Assembly: GCA_005883115.1 (NCBI GenBank)
Contig: VAZQ01000158.1
Span: 5,113 to 33,380, forward strand
From: Alphaproteobacteria bacterium
GTDB lineage: Bacteria > Pseudomonadota > Alphaproteobacteria > Rhizobiales > Xanthobacteraceae
Direction of reading: 5' to 3'
Length of the DNA: 28,268 bases
The notes under the pieces: model-generated
Told to the model about the DNA's origin: nothing
The model's database searches: none
What the model saw: the letters and a program-made list of their open reading frames with translations, nothing else
Program-made: the position numbers and the translations under genes
Shown: positions 1-9,596 of the stretch, piece by piece
How positions within the stretch are numbered: position 1 is the first letter of the stretch
How the letters are laid out: each line of letters begins with the position of its first letter

Positions 1-37
1 AGAAACGCGCGGTCCAAGTGTGCGCGCAGAGGCGTAA

Positions 38-1840
38 ATGAAACCTACCGACATTTCGTCGCCGGACTACTTCCATAAGGTCGTGGACTGCCAGTGGGCG
101 TGTCCGGCGCATACGCCGGTCCCGGAATATATCCGATTGATCGCGGCCGGCCGCTACAGCGACGCCTACATGGTCAATTGGAAGTCCAACGTGTTTCCGG
201 GAATCCTCGGCCGCACCTGCGATCGGCCCTGCGAGCCGGCCTGCCGTCGCGTGCGCGTGGAAAACGAGCCGGTGGCGATCTGCCGGCTCAAGCGGGTCGC
301 AGCCGACTTCAAGGACGACATCCGCTCCCGCCTGCCCAAGCGGGCAGCGGTCAAGAATGGGAAGCGCGTCGCGCTCGTGGGCTGCGGCCCAGCCTCGCTT
401 ACGGTCGCTCGCGACCTAGCCCCGCTCGGCTACGAATGCATGATCTTCGATCAAGATCCACAGCCGGGCGGCATGATCCGCACACAAATACCGCGATTCC
501 GCTTGCCCGAATCCATCATCGACGAGGAATGCGACTACATCCTCGATCTCGGGATCGAGTTTCGTGGCGGCAAGCGCATCGACAGCCTCAAGGCGCTGCT
601 GGCCGAGGGTTGGGATGCGGTCTTCGTCGGCTGCGGCGCGCCGCGCGGTCGCGATCTCGACATCCCCGGCCGCAAACAGGCCGCGGCGAACATCCACATC
701 GGCATCGACTGGCTCTCCTCCGTCTCCTTCGGGCACGTCAATAGGATCGGAAAACGCGTCATCGTGCTCGGCGGCGGCAACACCGCAATGGACTGCTGCC
801 GCTCCTCCCGCCGGCTCGGCGGCGAGGACGTCAAGGTGATCGTCCGCTCGGGCTTCCAGGAAATGAAGGCGTCCCCTTGGGAAAAGGAGGACGCCATGCA
901 CGAGGACATTCCAATTTTGAATTTTCTCGTGCCGAAGGAATTCACGCACGAAAACGGTCGGCTCACCGGCGTTCTGTTCGAGAAGGTGAAAGCCGAATAC
1001 GACGCCAAGGGGCGCCGCAACCTCGTTCCGGCCGGCGAGCCGGATCAGCACTTGCCTTGCGATGACGTGCTTGTCGCGGTCGGCCAGGAAAACGCATTCC
1101 CTTGGATGGAGCGCGACATCGGGATTGAGTTCGACAAATGGGACATGCCGAAGGTCGATCCCACAACGATGGCATCGACCCACCCGCGCGTGTTCTTCGG
1201 CGGCGACGCGGCGTTTGGCCCAAAGAACATCATCTGGGCGGTGGCGCATGGACACGATGCCGCCCTGTCGATCGATAATCTCTGTTCGGGTCTCGACATT
1301 AACGATCGTCCGACCCCCATGGTCGACATCGTCAGCCAGAAAATGGGCATCCACGAGTGGAGCTACGACAACGACATCGCCCCCGACCGGCGGTACCGGG
1401 TTCCGTTGCGCGACAAGGTGGTGGCGCTGCGCGACATCAAGACCGAGGTCGAGCTCGGCTATGATCCCGACCTCGCCCTCAAGGAAGCGCACCGCTGCCT
1501 CAACTGCGACGTCCAGACCGTGTTCACGTCTTCGCTGTGCATCGAATGCGACGCCTGCGTCGACATCTGTCCAATGGATTGCATCACGTTCACCGCGAAC
1601 GGCGAGGAAGCCGATTTGCGCACGCGGCTGAGGGCGCCCGCCAAAAACCTCACCCAGGATCTCTACGTCGCCAACGATCTCAAGACGGGCCGCGTGATGG
1701 TGAAGGACGAGGACGTCTGCCTGCACTGCGGGCTATGCGCGGAGCGCTGTCCGACCGGCGCCTGGGACATGAAGAAATATCTCCTCGATATGACTCACGC
1801 GAATGACCAATGCCGAGTAGCAGCCCGATCAGCAGCGTAA
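38..1840 (+). CDS. FAD/NAD(P)H-dependent oxidoreductase, GltD/NfnB-like, with N-terminal Fe-S domain and fused C-terminal 2x[4Fe-4S] ferredoxin domain (KorC-like third subunit)
   Basis: N-terminal Cys cluster (DCQWACP...TCDRPCEPAC...AIC), FAD-binding VGCGPA, second Rossmann motif GGGNTAMD followed by VRS (Arg suggests NADP), GGD motif, C-terminal CIECDACVDICP and CLHCGLCAERCP. Confidence 0.88.
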   Translation: MKPTDISSPDYFHKVVDCQWACPAHTPVPEYIRLIAAGRYSDAYMVNWKSNVFPGILGRTCDRPCEPACRRVRVENEPVAICRLKRVAADFKDDIRSRLPKRAAVKNGKRVALVGCGPASLTVARDLAPLGYECMIFDQDPQPGGMIRTQIPRFRLPESIIDEECDYILDLGIEFRGGKRIDSLKALLAEGWDAVFVGCGAPRGRDLDIPGRKQAAANIHIGIDWLSSVSFGHVNRIGKRVIVLGGGNTAMDCCRSSRRLGGEDVKVIVRSGFQEMKASPWEKEDAMHEDIPILNFLVPKEFTHENGRLTGVLFEKVKAEYDAKGRRNLVPAGEPDQHLPCDDVLVAVGQENAFPWMERDIGIEFDKWDMPKVDPTTMASTHPRVFFGGDAAFGPKNIIWAVAHGHDAALSIDNLCSGLDINDRPTPMVDIVSQKMGIHEWSYDNDIAPDRRYRVPLRDKVVALRDIKTEVELGYDPDLALKEAHRCLNCDVQTVFTSSLCIECDACVDICPMDCITFTANGEEADLRTRLRAPAKNLTQDLYVANDLKTGRVMVKDEDVCLHCGLCAERCPTGAWDMKKYLLDMTHANDQCRVAARSAA

Positions 1841-3657
1841 ACGACTTCGTCGTCCGGTTCGCCAACGTCAACGGCTCGGGCTCGGCGAGCGCGAACGAGC
1901 TGTTCGCGCGCTCGGTACTGCGCATGGGGATCCCGGTTGCCCCGCGCAACATTTTCCCGTCCAACATCCAGGGCCTGCCGACCTGGTACGAGGTGCGCAT
2001 CTCCGAGGCCGGCCATCTCGGCGCGCGCGGCGGCACCGACCTCATGGTCGCCATGAACCCGCAGACCTGGGAGAAGGACGTGGCCGGCATCGAGCCCGGC
2101 GGGTATCTGCTCTACGATTCCACCAAGCCGATGCCGAAGTCCAAGTTCCGCGAGGACATCTCCGTCATCGGCGTGCCACTGACTGCGATATGCAACCGCG
2201 AATACTCCGATGCGCGCCAGCGTCAGCTGTTCAAGAACATCATGTATCTCGGCACGCTCTGTGCGCTCCTCGACATGGATGTCGCCGCAACTGAGCAGCT
2301 CGTGCGCGAGCAGTTCAAATCGAAGGAAAAGCTGATCGATGCGAACCTTCACGCGCTCCATCTCGGGCGCGACTGGGCGCTGCAGAACCTGCAGTGTCCG
2401 ATCCGCTTGCGTTTGCGTCCGGCCAAGGCCGTGGGCGACCGCATCTTCATTGAGGGCAATTCGGCCGCGGCGCTAGGCGCCGTCTATGGCGGGGCGACCA
2501 TGTGCGCCTGGTACCCGATCACGCCCTCGTCCTCCCTGGCAGACGCCTTCACCAGCCATTGCCGCCGCCTGCGCGCCGATTCTGCGAGCAAGAAGAACAA
2601 GTTCGCGATCGTGCAGGCGGAGGATGAGCTCGCCTCGATCGGCATGGTCATCGGCGCCGCCTGGAACGGCGCACGCGCTTTCACCGCCACCTCCGGTCCC
2701 GGCGTCTCGCTGATGCAGGAATTCCTCGGCTTGGCGTACTTCGCCGAAATTCCCGCGGTCATATTCGACGTGCAGCGCGCGGGGCCTTCGACCGGCATGC
2801 CGACGCGGACCCAGCAATGCGATCTGATCTCGTGCGCCTACGCCTCGCATGGCGATACCAAGCATGTGCTGCTGTTTCCGGAAGACCCGGCCGAAGCGTT
2901 CGATTTCGCAGCGGACGCTTTCGATCTCGCCGATCGCCTGCAGACGCCGATCTTCGTGATGCTCGATCTCGACATTGGCATGAACCATCGCCTCTGCCGA
3001 CCGCTCACTTGGGACGACAAGCGCAAATACGATCGCGGCAAGGTGATGACCGCCGCCGATCTCGACGCCGGTAAGGATTTCGGCCGTTATCTCGACGTCG
3101 ACGGCGATGGTATTCCGTACCGCACATATCCGGGCACCCACCCGACGAAGGGCTCCTTCTTCACCCGCGGCACCTCGCGCGACCGGTATGCCCGCTACAC
3201 CGAGGAGGGCGCGCCCTATGCCGACAACATGCAGCGGCTCCTGCGCAAGTTCGAGACCGCCAAGGATCTGGTTCCGCGCCCGCTGCAGGCCAATGCGGCA
3301 AAGCCGACGAAATACGGCGTGATCTACTATGGCTCGACGTCACCGGCCATGGATGAGGCCATCCACATGATCGAGACGCGCGGCCATTCGCTCAATCGGC
3401 TGCGCGTGCGGGCTTTCCCGTTCCATTCCAGCGTGACGAGCTTCGTCGCCGATCACGATTTCGTGTTCGTGGTCGAGCAGAACCGTGACGCGCAACTGCG
3501 CTCGCTCATCGTCAACGAGTGCAGCATCGATCCCGTGCGCTTGGTACCGATCCTGCATTACGACGGAACTCCGATCACCGCACGTTTCATCGCCCGCGCG
3601 ATCGGCGATCATCTCGACGCGCTCAAGGTTACTCCCTTGCGCAAAGTGGTGTCGTGA
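1810..3657 (+). CDS. korA: 2-oxoacid:acceptor oxidoreductase subunit alpha (gamma-alpha fusion, KorA-like)
   Basis: N-terminal NGSGS gamma-domain motif, WYPITP, QAEDE, TATSGPG, QRAGPSTGMPTR; overlaps upstream gene by 31 nt. Substrate specificity not determinable from sequence. Confidence 0.88.
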   Translation: MPSSSPISSVNDFVVRFANVNGSGSASANELFARSVLRMGIPVAPRNIFPSNIQGLPTWYEVRISEAGHLGARGGTDLMVAMNPQTWEKDVAGIEPGGYLLYDSTKPMPKSKFREDISVIGVPLTAICNREYSDARQRQLFKNIMYLGTLCALLDMDVAATEQLVREQFKSKEKLIDANLHALHLGRDWALQNLQCPIRLRLRPAKAVGDRIFIEGNSAAALGAVYGGATMCAWYPITPSSSLADAFTSHCRRLRADSASKKNKFAIVQAEDELASIGMVIGAAWNGARAFTATSGPGVSLMQEFLGLAYFAEIPAVIFDVQRAGPSTGMPTRTQQCDLISCAYASHGDTKHVLLFPEDPAEAFDFAADAFDLADRLQTPIFVMLDLDIGMNHRLCRPLTWDDKRKYDRGKVMTAADLDAGKDFGRYLDVDGDGIPYRTYPGTHPTKGSFFTRGTSRDRYARYTEEGAPYADNMQRLLRKFETAKDLVPRPLQANAAKPTKYGVIYYGSTSPAMDEAIHMIETRGHSLNRLRVRAFPFHSSVTSFVADHDFVFVVEQNRDAQLRSLIVNECSIDPVRLVPILHYDGTPITARFIARAIGDHLDALKVTPLRKVVS

Positions 3658-3693
3658 TGACGCTGCGGTGACTTGATACAGAATGGCTAAGCT

Positions 3694-4749
3694 ATGACCT
3701 ACATCACCAAACCTAAATTCCATCATCCGGGGCTGCCCAAGAACGCGCTCGGCTATACACACCGCGACTATGAAGGCTCGGTATCGACGCTGTGTGCCGG
3801 CTGCGGCCATGACTCGATCTCGGGCGCAATCATCGAGGCCTGTTTCGAGCTGGACATCGAGCCGCATCGGGTGGCGAAACTCTCCGGCATCGGCTGCTCG
3901 TCGAAGACGCCGACTTATTTTCTCGGGAATTCACACGGCTTCAATTCCGTGCACGGGCGCATGCCATCGGTGCTCACGGGCGCAAACCTGGCCAACCGCG
4001 ATCTCATCTATCTCGGTGTGTCCGGCGACGGTGATTCCGCCTCGATCGGGCTCGGGCAGTTCGCGCACGCGCTGCGCCGCGGCGTGAACATGGTCTATAT
4101 CGTCGAGAATAATGGCGTCTACGGCCTCACCAAAGGCCAGTTCTCGGCAACCGCCGACCGCGGATCGAAATCCAAGCGCGGCGCGACTAATACCGACAAT
4201 TCCATTGACCTCGTCGCACTCGCGCTGCAGCTCGGCGCCACCTTTGTCGCCCGCTCGTTCTCCGGCGACAAGGAACAGATGGTGCCGGTGATCAAGGCCG
4301 CGATCGAGCACGAAGGCGCCGCCTTCATCGACATCATCTCGCCGTGCGTCGCGTTCAACAACCACATGGGGTCGACCAAGAGTTTCGATTATGTGCGCGA
4401 GCACAATGAGTCGGTGAACCGGCTCGATTTCATCACCGGCCGGGCGCCGATCACGGTCGCCTACGAACCGGGCTCGGTCGAGGTCGTCGAGCAGCACGAC
4501 GGCTCGAAGCTCGTGCTCAAGAAGGTCGCCGCCGATTACGATCCGCACGATCGGCTCGGCGCCATGAACTTCCTGCAGCGGCACGCCGCCATCGGCCAGA
4601 TCGTGACCGGGCTGCTCTACGTTGATCCCGATCCCGAAGACCTACACCGCAACTTGAACACGGTTGAGCCGCCGCTCAACTCGCTCGCCGAGGCTGAGCT
4701 ATGCCCAGGCTCCGCGATGCTCGAGAAGATCAACGCCAGCTTGCGCTAA
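3694..4749 (+). CDS. korB: 2-oxoacid:acceptor oxidoreductase subunit beta (KorB-like)
   Basis: LCAGCGH, GIGCSSK, HGR, TPP-binding GDGD...N motif, YGLTKGQFS, SPCVAFN; directly follows the alpha subunit. Confidence 0.88.
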   Translation: MTYITKPKFHHPGLPKNALGYTHRDYEGSVSTLCAGCGHDSISGAIIEACFELDIEPHRVAKLSGIGCSSKTPTYFLGNSHGFNSVHGRMPSVLTGANLANRDLIYLGVSGDGDSASIGLGQFAHALRRGVNMVYIVENNGVYGLTKGQFSATADRGSKSKRGATNTDNSIDLVALALQLGATFVARSFSGDKEQMVPVIKAAIEHEGAAFIDIISPCVAFNNHMGSTKSFDYVREHNESVNRLDFITGRAPITVAYEPGSVEVVEQHDGSKLVLKKVAADYDPHDRLGAMNFLQRHAAIGQIVTGLLYVDPDPEDLHRNLNTVEPPLNSLAEAELCPGSAMLEKINASLR

Positions 4750-4761
4750 CCGCGGCACTTG

Positions 4762-4787
4762 GGCCGGCCTTGTCCCGGCCATCTACG
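4762..4787. repeat. REP-like short palindromic element between convergent genes
   Basis: GGCCGG-ccttgtc-CCGGCC-atctacg; resembles the Rhizobiales repeat ATGGCCGGGCTTGTCCCGGCCATCCACG as I recall it; single degenerate copy in this window. Confidence 0.6.
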
Positions 4788-4793
4788 CTTTGA

Positions 4794-5789
4794 TTATTTT
4801 TCTTCCGGCGCCTCGACGATCGGATCGTACCGATTCACGTCGAAGCCGATGAGATTCCACGACTGGCGCATGTGCGGCGGCAGCGGCGCGGTTACATCCA
4901 TTGTGCCGCCGCGCGGATGCGGCACGACAATCCGGCGCGCCAAGAGATGCAGTCGATCCTGCATGCCCCGCGGGAGCTCCCAGTTCTCCCTCGAAAAATA
5001 CTTCGGATCGCCCACGATGGGATGGCCGATATGCGCCAGGTGCGCGCGCAGCTGGTGGGTGCGGCCGGTCACCGGCTTGAGCGAAAGCCACCCCAATTGA
5101 CGCGCCGCCGTGTCGATCACGGCATAATACGTGACGGCGTGGCTGGCGCCCTCCTCGCCGTGGCGTGCCACGCGCATGAACGAATCATCCCCTCGCGTCT
5201 CCTTGGCAAGGAAGGTCGAGATGCGCCCCTGGCGCGGCTTCGGCACGCCCGCGACCAGGGCCCAGTAGATTTTTCGCGCCGAGCGCGAGCGGAAGGTTTT
5301 TGCCAGCGCCGTCGCCGCAAAGCGCGTCTTGGCCACGAGCAGACATCCAGCGGTGTCTTTGTCGAGACGGTGCACCAGGCGCGGACGTTGGCCGCGCGCA
5401 TCCCGCAGCGTCTCGAGCATCGCGTCAAGATGGCGGGTAGTCCCGGAGCCGCCCTGGACCGCAAGCCCCATGGGTTTATCGAGCACCAGCACGTCGGCGT
5501 CTTCGTAGAGCGTGATCGACTTGAGAAAATCCCGCGTCTTTGCGCCCGCGTCAGCCTCCTGCGCCGGCGGACGCGGCTCAGTTCGCAGCGGCGGGAGGCG
5601 CACCGCCTGTCCGGCCTCCAGTCGCTGTTTCGGCTGAGCGCGTTTGCCATTCACGCGCAGTTCGCCCTTGCGGATGATCCGTTGGATATGGGAGAAAGCG
5701 AGCCCAGGAAAGCGCGCCTCGACGAAACGGTCGACGCGCATGCCGGCTTCATCAGCGCTCACCGTTGCGGTCTGTACGCCGCTCCTCAC
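4794..5789 (-). CDS. rluC: RluA-family 23S rRNA pseudouridine synthase (RluC-like, N-terminal S4 domain)
   Basis: S4-like N-terminus (RVDRF...IRKGELRVNG), DKPMGLAVQGG, catalytic LVHRLDKDTAG, TGRTHQLR, HPIVGDPKY; GTGA overlap with rarA stop. Confidence 0.9.
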   Translation of the reverse strand: MRSGVQTATVSADEAGMRVDRFVEARFPGLAFSHIQRIIRKGELRVNGKRAQPKQRLEAGQAVRLPPLRTEPRPPAQEADAGAKTRDFLKSITLYEDADVLVLDKPMGLAVQGGSGTTRHLDAMLETLRDARGQRPRLVHRLDKDTAGCLLVAKTRFAATALAKTFRSRSARKIYWALVAGVPKPRQGRISTFLAKETRGDDSFMRVARHGEEGASHAVTYYAVIDTAARQLGWLSLKPVTGRTHQLRAHLAHIGHPIVGDPKYFSRENWELPRGMQDRLHLLARRIVVPHPRGGTMDVTAPLPPHMRQSWNLIGFDVNRYDPIVEAPEEK

Positions 5790-7120
5790 GGCTTGCTCCG
5801 CGCTTGCCTCAGCTTCGTCCAGTATTCCAGCCGTTTCCTGATCTCACGCTCGAAGCCGCGCTCGGGCGGATCGTAGAATTTCTGCCGTCCAAGTTGTTCG
5901 GGAAAATAATCCTGCCCGGAAAAGGCTTCAGCCGTGTCGTGGTCGTAGTCATAGGCCTCGGCATAGCCTTGCGAGCGCATGAGCTGCGTCGGCGCGTTGA
6001 GTATGTGCATCGGGGGAAGAAGCGAGCCCGCCTCTCTCGCGGTGCGCATGGCCGCGCCATAGGCGGTATAGGCCGCATTCGATTTCGGCGCAGTTGCAAC
6101 GTAGATCACCGCCTCGGCAATCGCCAACTCGCCTTCCGGCGAGCCGAGAAAGTCGTATGCGTCCTTCGCCGCATTGGCGACCACCAGCGCCTGCGGGTCG
6201 GCGAGCCCGATATCCTCGATCGCCATGCGCACCACCCGCCGCGCGATGTAGAGCGGTTCCTCCCCGGCATCCAGCATGCGGCAGAGATAGTAGAGCGCGG
6301 CATCGGGATCAGAGCCGCGCACCGACTTATGCAAGGCGCTGATCAAATTGTAGTGGCTGTCCTGCTGCTTGTCGTAGATCGGGGCGCGACGCTGTACCAC
6401 CTCCTGGAATTGGGCCGCGCTAAACGTCTCGCCCTTGCGCGCTGCCCGCCACGCTTCCTCGGCGAGGGTTAGCGCCGCGCGGCCGTCACCGTCCGCCATG
6501 CGGATGAGTGATTGCCGCGCCTCAGCGTCCAGAGGGAGATTTTTGCCTTCGATCGCCTCAGCGCGGGCGAGAAGCTTCTCGAGCGCTTCCGCATCGAGCC
6601 GCTTGAACACCATGACGCGCGCGCGAGAGAGAAGCGGCGCGATCAGCTCGAAGGAGGGATTCTCCGTCGTGGCGCCGACAAGAACAATGGTTCCGTCTTC
6701 CATGACCGGCAGGAAAGAGTCCTGCTGCGCGCGATTGAAGCGATGAATCTCGTCGACGAAGAGGAGCGTACCTTTCCCGGTCTCGCGACGAGCACGGGCA
6801 GCGTCGAACACCTTTTTGAGATCGCCGATGCCGGAGAAAATCGCCGAGATCTGCTCAAAATGCAGATCGGTCGCCTGCGCCAAAAGCCTCGCGACCGTAG
6901 TCTTACCACTGCCGGGCGGTCCCCAGAAAATCAGTGAGCCGAGCGTGCGTGTATCGAGGAGGCGCGTGAGCGCGCCGTCCGACCCGAGCAGATGATCCTG
7001 CCCGACGACCTCGGCGAGCCGTGTCGGCCGCAACTTGTCCGCCAGCGGACGCGGCGCACCGCGCTCGAGCCCCGCCGCCGCGAAGAGGGACGCGCCCCCG
7101 CGCCGGGCGCGCGCCATCAT
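5786..7120 (-). CDS. rarA: Replication-associated recombination protein A (RarA/MgsA AAA+ ATPase)
   Basis: PLADKLRP, Walker A GPPGSGKTT, Walker B LFVDEIHRFN, GATTENP, ISALHKSVRGSDPDAALY, EDIGLADP, PKSN. Confidence 0.95.
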   Translation of the reverse strand: MMARARRGGASLFAAAGLERGAPRPLADKLRPTRLAEVVGQDHLLGSDGALTRLLDTRTLGSLIFWGPPGSGKTTVARLLAQATDLHFEQISAIFSGIGDLKKVFDAARARRETGKGTLLFVDEIHRFNRAQQDSFLPVMEDGTIVLVGATTENPSFELIAPLLSRARVMVFKRLDAEALEKLLARAEAIEGKNLPLDAEARQSLIRMADGDGRAALTLAEEAWRAARKGETFSAAQFQEVVQRRAPIYDKQQDSHYNLISALHKSVRGSDPDAALYYLCRMLDAGEEPLYIARRVVRMAIEDIGLADPQALVVANAAKDAYDFLGSPEGELAIAEAVIYVATAPKSNAAYTAYGAAMRTAREAGSLLPPMHILNAPTQLMRSQGYAEAYDYDHDTAEAFSGQDYFPEQLGRQKFYDPPERGFEREIRKRLEYWTKLRQARSKP

Positions 7121-8535
7121 CCCCGCAACTCCACGGATAGCTGCTGACCTGCACGCACGATGGTGATGCTCCAGCGCCGGGTCGACTGGCCAGCGACGCG
7201 CTCGAGATCGCGCGTCTTTGCGATCTTGGCATTGTTGACCGAGAGCACGAGGTCGCCGGGCTGGAAACCGAGGCTCTGCGCCGGCGAGCCGTTGGCGATC
7301 TCGACGATGACCACGCCCTGGGCGGAGGGGTCGAGCCGCAGCCTGTCCGCAAGCGCCGGCGACAGGTTCGATACCTTGGCGCCTTGAAATGGCGACGGTG
7401 AGGCGATGACAAGCTCCTCGTGGGGAGTGCCAGGCGCGGCCTCCAGCGCGACGTTGAGCGTTAGCTCCTTGCCGGCACGCACAATCCCGAGCCGCGCCGA
7501 GCCGCCAATGGGCTTGGTGGCGAAGCGATAATCGAAGGCATTGGCGTCCTCGACTGGTTGGCCGTCGATCGCGACGATGAGGTCGCTGGTCTTGATGCCG
7601 GCGCGTGCCGCCGGGCTCGTCGGTGTGACGCTCGCGATCAGCGCGCCCGAGGGGCGCTTGAGCCCGAGGCCCTCAGCGATTTCCGGCGGACGCTGGACGA
7701 TGGAGCCGCCGCTCTTGGCCGAAGCGACCACGACTTTCACCATGTTCGCGGGGATCGCAAACCCGATCCCCTGCGAGCCGCCTGAGCGCGAGAAAATGGC
7801 GGTATTGATGCCGACGAGCCGGCCACCGAGATCGACGAGCGCGCCTCCCGAATTGCCGGGATTGATGGCCGCGTCGGTCTGGATGAAGAACTGGTAATCG
7901 GTGATGCCGACCTGGGTACGCGCCACCGCCGAAACGATGCCGTGGGTGACCGTCTGCCCGACCGCGAAGGGATTGCCGATCGCGAGCACTACGTCCCCAA
8001 CCTCGAGCGCGTCGGAGTCAGCAAGCTCGAGCGCCGGGAAGCGTTCGTTCTGCGCTCGGATGCGCAGCACCGCGAGATCCGAGCGCGAATCTTTGAGCAC
8101 CATGTCGGCCTCGAATTCGCGCTTGTCCGCGAGCGACACCTTGACCTGGTCTGCTCCCTCGATGACGTGGTTGTTGGTGACGATCAGGCCCGCGGGGTCG
8201 ACGAGAACGCCCGAGCCGAGCGAGCGCTGCACCGGGTCTCCCTGCCCGCCAGGCGCGCCGGGCACTCCGAAGAAGCGGCGAAAGATGGGATCGTCAAATA
8301 GCGGATTGCGCACCGCAACGGTTTTGGCCGCATAGACGTTGACGACGGCCGGCGCCGCGCGTTGCACGACCGGCGCATAGGAGAGCCGCAACTCGGTCGG
8401 CGAGGAGGGAACGCGGCGGGCTTCGCCGTGCTCTTGGGCTGCAAGGCCGAGCGGCGCCAAGCTCGCCAGCATGACGACGGCCTTCGCAAGCCACCTCGAG
8501 CGCAAAGACGTGTTCGATCGCCAAAGCATGGACAA
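7117..8535 (-). CDS. degQ: Do/DegQ-family periplasmic serine endoprotease with two PDZ domains (about 10 aa missing at start of PDZ1)
   Basis: Signal-peptide-like N-terminus, triad TNNH / SDLAV / GNSGG, IQTDAAINPG, GIGFAIP, two PDZ domains. Start is TTG 8535 or ATG 8529. Confidence 0.92.
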   Translation of the reverse strand: MSMLWRSNTSLRSRWLAKAVVMLASLAPLGLAAQEHGEARRVPSSPTELRLSYAPVVQRAAPAVVNVYAAKTVAVRNPLFDDPIFRRFFGVPGAPGGQGDPVQRSLGSGVLVDPAGLIVTNNHVIEGADQVKVSLADKREFEADMVLKDSRSDLAVLRIRAQNERFPALELADSDALEVGDVVLAIGNPFAVGQTVTHGIVSAVARTQVGITDYQFFIQTDAAINPGNSGGALVDLGGRLVGINTAIFSRSGGSQGIGFAIPANMVKVVVASAKSGGSIVQRPPEIAEGLGLKRPSGALIASVTPTSPAARAGIKTSDLIVAIDGQPVEDANAFDYRFATKPIGGSARLGIVRAGKELTLNVALEAAPGTPHEELVIASPSPFQGAKVSNLSPALADRLRLDPSAQGVVIVEIANGSPAQSLGFQPGDLVLSVNNAKIAKTRDLERVAGQSTRRWSITIVRAGQQLSVELRG

Positions 8536-8557
8536 GTCCAGATTCGGGCGGGAGCAG

Positions 8558-8586
8558 ATATAAGCTCAACGTCGCGGCAAATGAAG
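8558..8586 (-). promoter_or_regulatory. Putative sigma70/sigma32-like promoter upstream of degQ
   Basis: Minus strand CTTCAT-N17-TTATAT about 30 nt upstream of the start; partial match to the alphaproteobacterial CTTGAC-N17-CTATAT consensus. Confidence 0.3.
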
Positions 8587-8753
8587 GGCGTGCTCGCGCC
8601 CGCGCGATTAGAACAAACGCCATGGCGCCTAAACTGGGGGACGCGCCGGTGGCGGTCCTCCACCGAATGGAATGCCGGTCCGTCGCATGCCCTGCCCGGC
8701 CGCGACTCTATGCCCTCGGTTTTTTCACCGGGCGCTAGTGATGAGTTTCGAGA

Positions 8754-9596
8754 TTACTCTTTCGCAGGCAGCGTGCGCAGATAGGCGATCATGGCTTCGA
8801 CATCTTCATCGGTCATCTTTGCATAATAGCGGTAACCCATCGGCGGCTTGAGTTTGCTGCTGTCCTTGCGCACGCCTTGCGTGATGGCGCGCTTGATCTC
8901 GACATCGCTCCAATCGCCGATGCCGGCGCTCTTGCTCGAAGTGATGTTGCGCGCGGTCGAAACGCCCCATGGTCCGGGGAATTCGCGACCGCCTTTGCCG
9001 AGCGAATTTTTAAAATCCATGCCCGTTCCGGGCGGCCCGAACGGCGTGTGGCATTCCATGCAATGCGCGATGGTGACGAGATAGAAGCCCCGCTTGAGCT
9101 TGTTGCCAAAATCGGATTCGGACATGGACTTCTCGGCCCCGGGAAAGACCTGGTAGGCCACCGGCTGCTTGTAGACCGGGCCGGGCACCGCATTGCTCAC
9201 CGCCGGCAAGGAGCGCAGATACGCGACGATGCCGTCGAGATCGCCCGGGGTGAGAATCCCGTAGAAACCGCTCGGCATGATCGGCGCGAGGTGGTGCCCC
9301 GCGGGGCGCGTGCCCTCCTGCAGCGCTGTCTTGATCTCGGCATCGCTCCAATTGCCAATGCCGGTCTCGCGATCAGGCGTAATGTTGGAGGCCGTGACAT
9401 CGAACGGGGCCTCGTCGAAACGCAGTCCTCCGGAGAGCGCCCGATCGAACTGCGGCCCATTGGGCCCCATCGGCGTATGGCAGTTGTGACAAGTCATGAC
9501 GGTGTCGACGAGATAGCGTCCACGCTCGAGCGGCGCTTGCGCCAAAGCCATCGCCGGAGCCGCAAGCGCAGCGAGCACGCCAAAGAACCACGCCAC
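8754..9596 (-). CDS. Periplasmic di-heme c-type cytochrome (two tandem homologous heme domains)
   Basis: Signal peptide ending AMALAQ; CHNCH and CMECH motifs; internal repeat RGRYLV..CxxCHTP..NITP..GIGNWSDAEIK vs RGFYLV..CxxCHTP..NITS..GIGDWSDVEIK; candidate Met ligands PIMP and PPMG. Start codon uncertain. Confidence 0.88.
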   Translation of the reverse strand: MAWFFGVLAALAAPAMALAQAPLERGRYLVDTVMTCHNCHTPMGPNGPQFDRALSGGLRFDEAPFDVTASNITPDRETGIGNWSDAEIKTALQEGTRPAGHHLAPIMPSGFYGILTPGDLDGIVAYLRSLPAVSNAVPGPVYKQPVAYQVFPGAEKSMSESDFGNKLKRGFYLVTIAHCMECHTPFGPPGTGMDFKNSLGKGGREFPGPWGVSTARNITSSKSAGIGDWSDVEIKRAITQGVRKDSSKLKPPMGYRYYAKMTDEDVEAMIAYLRTLPAKE

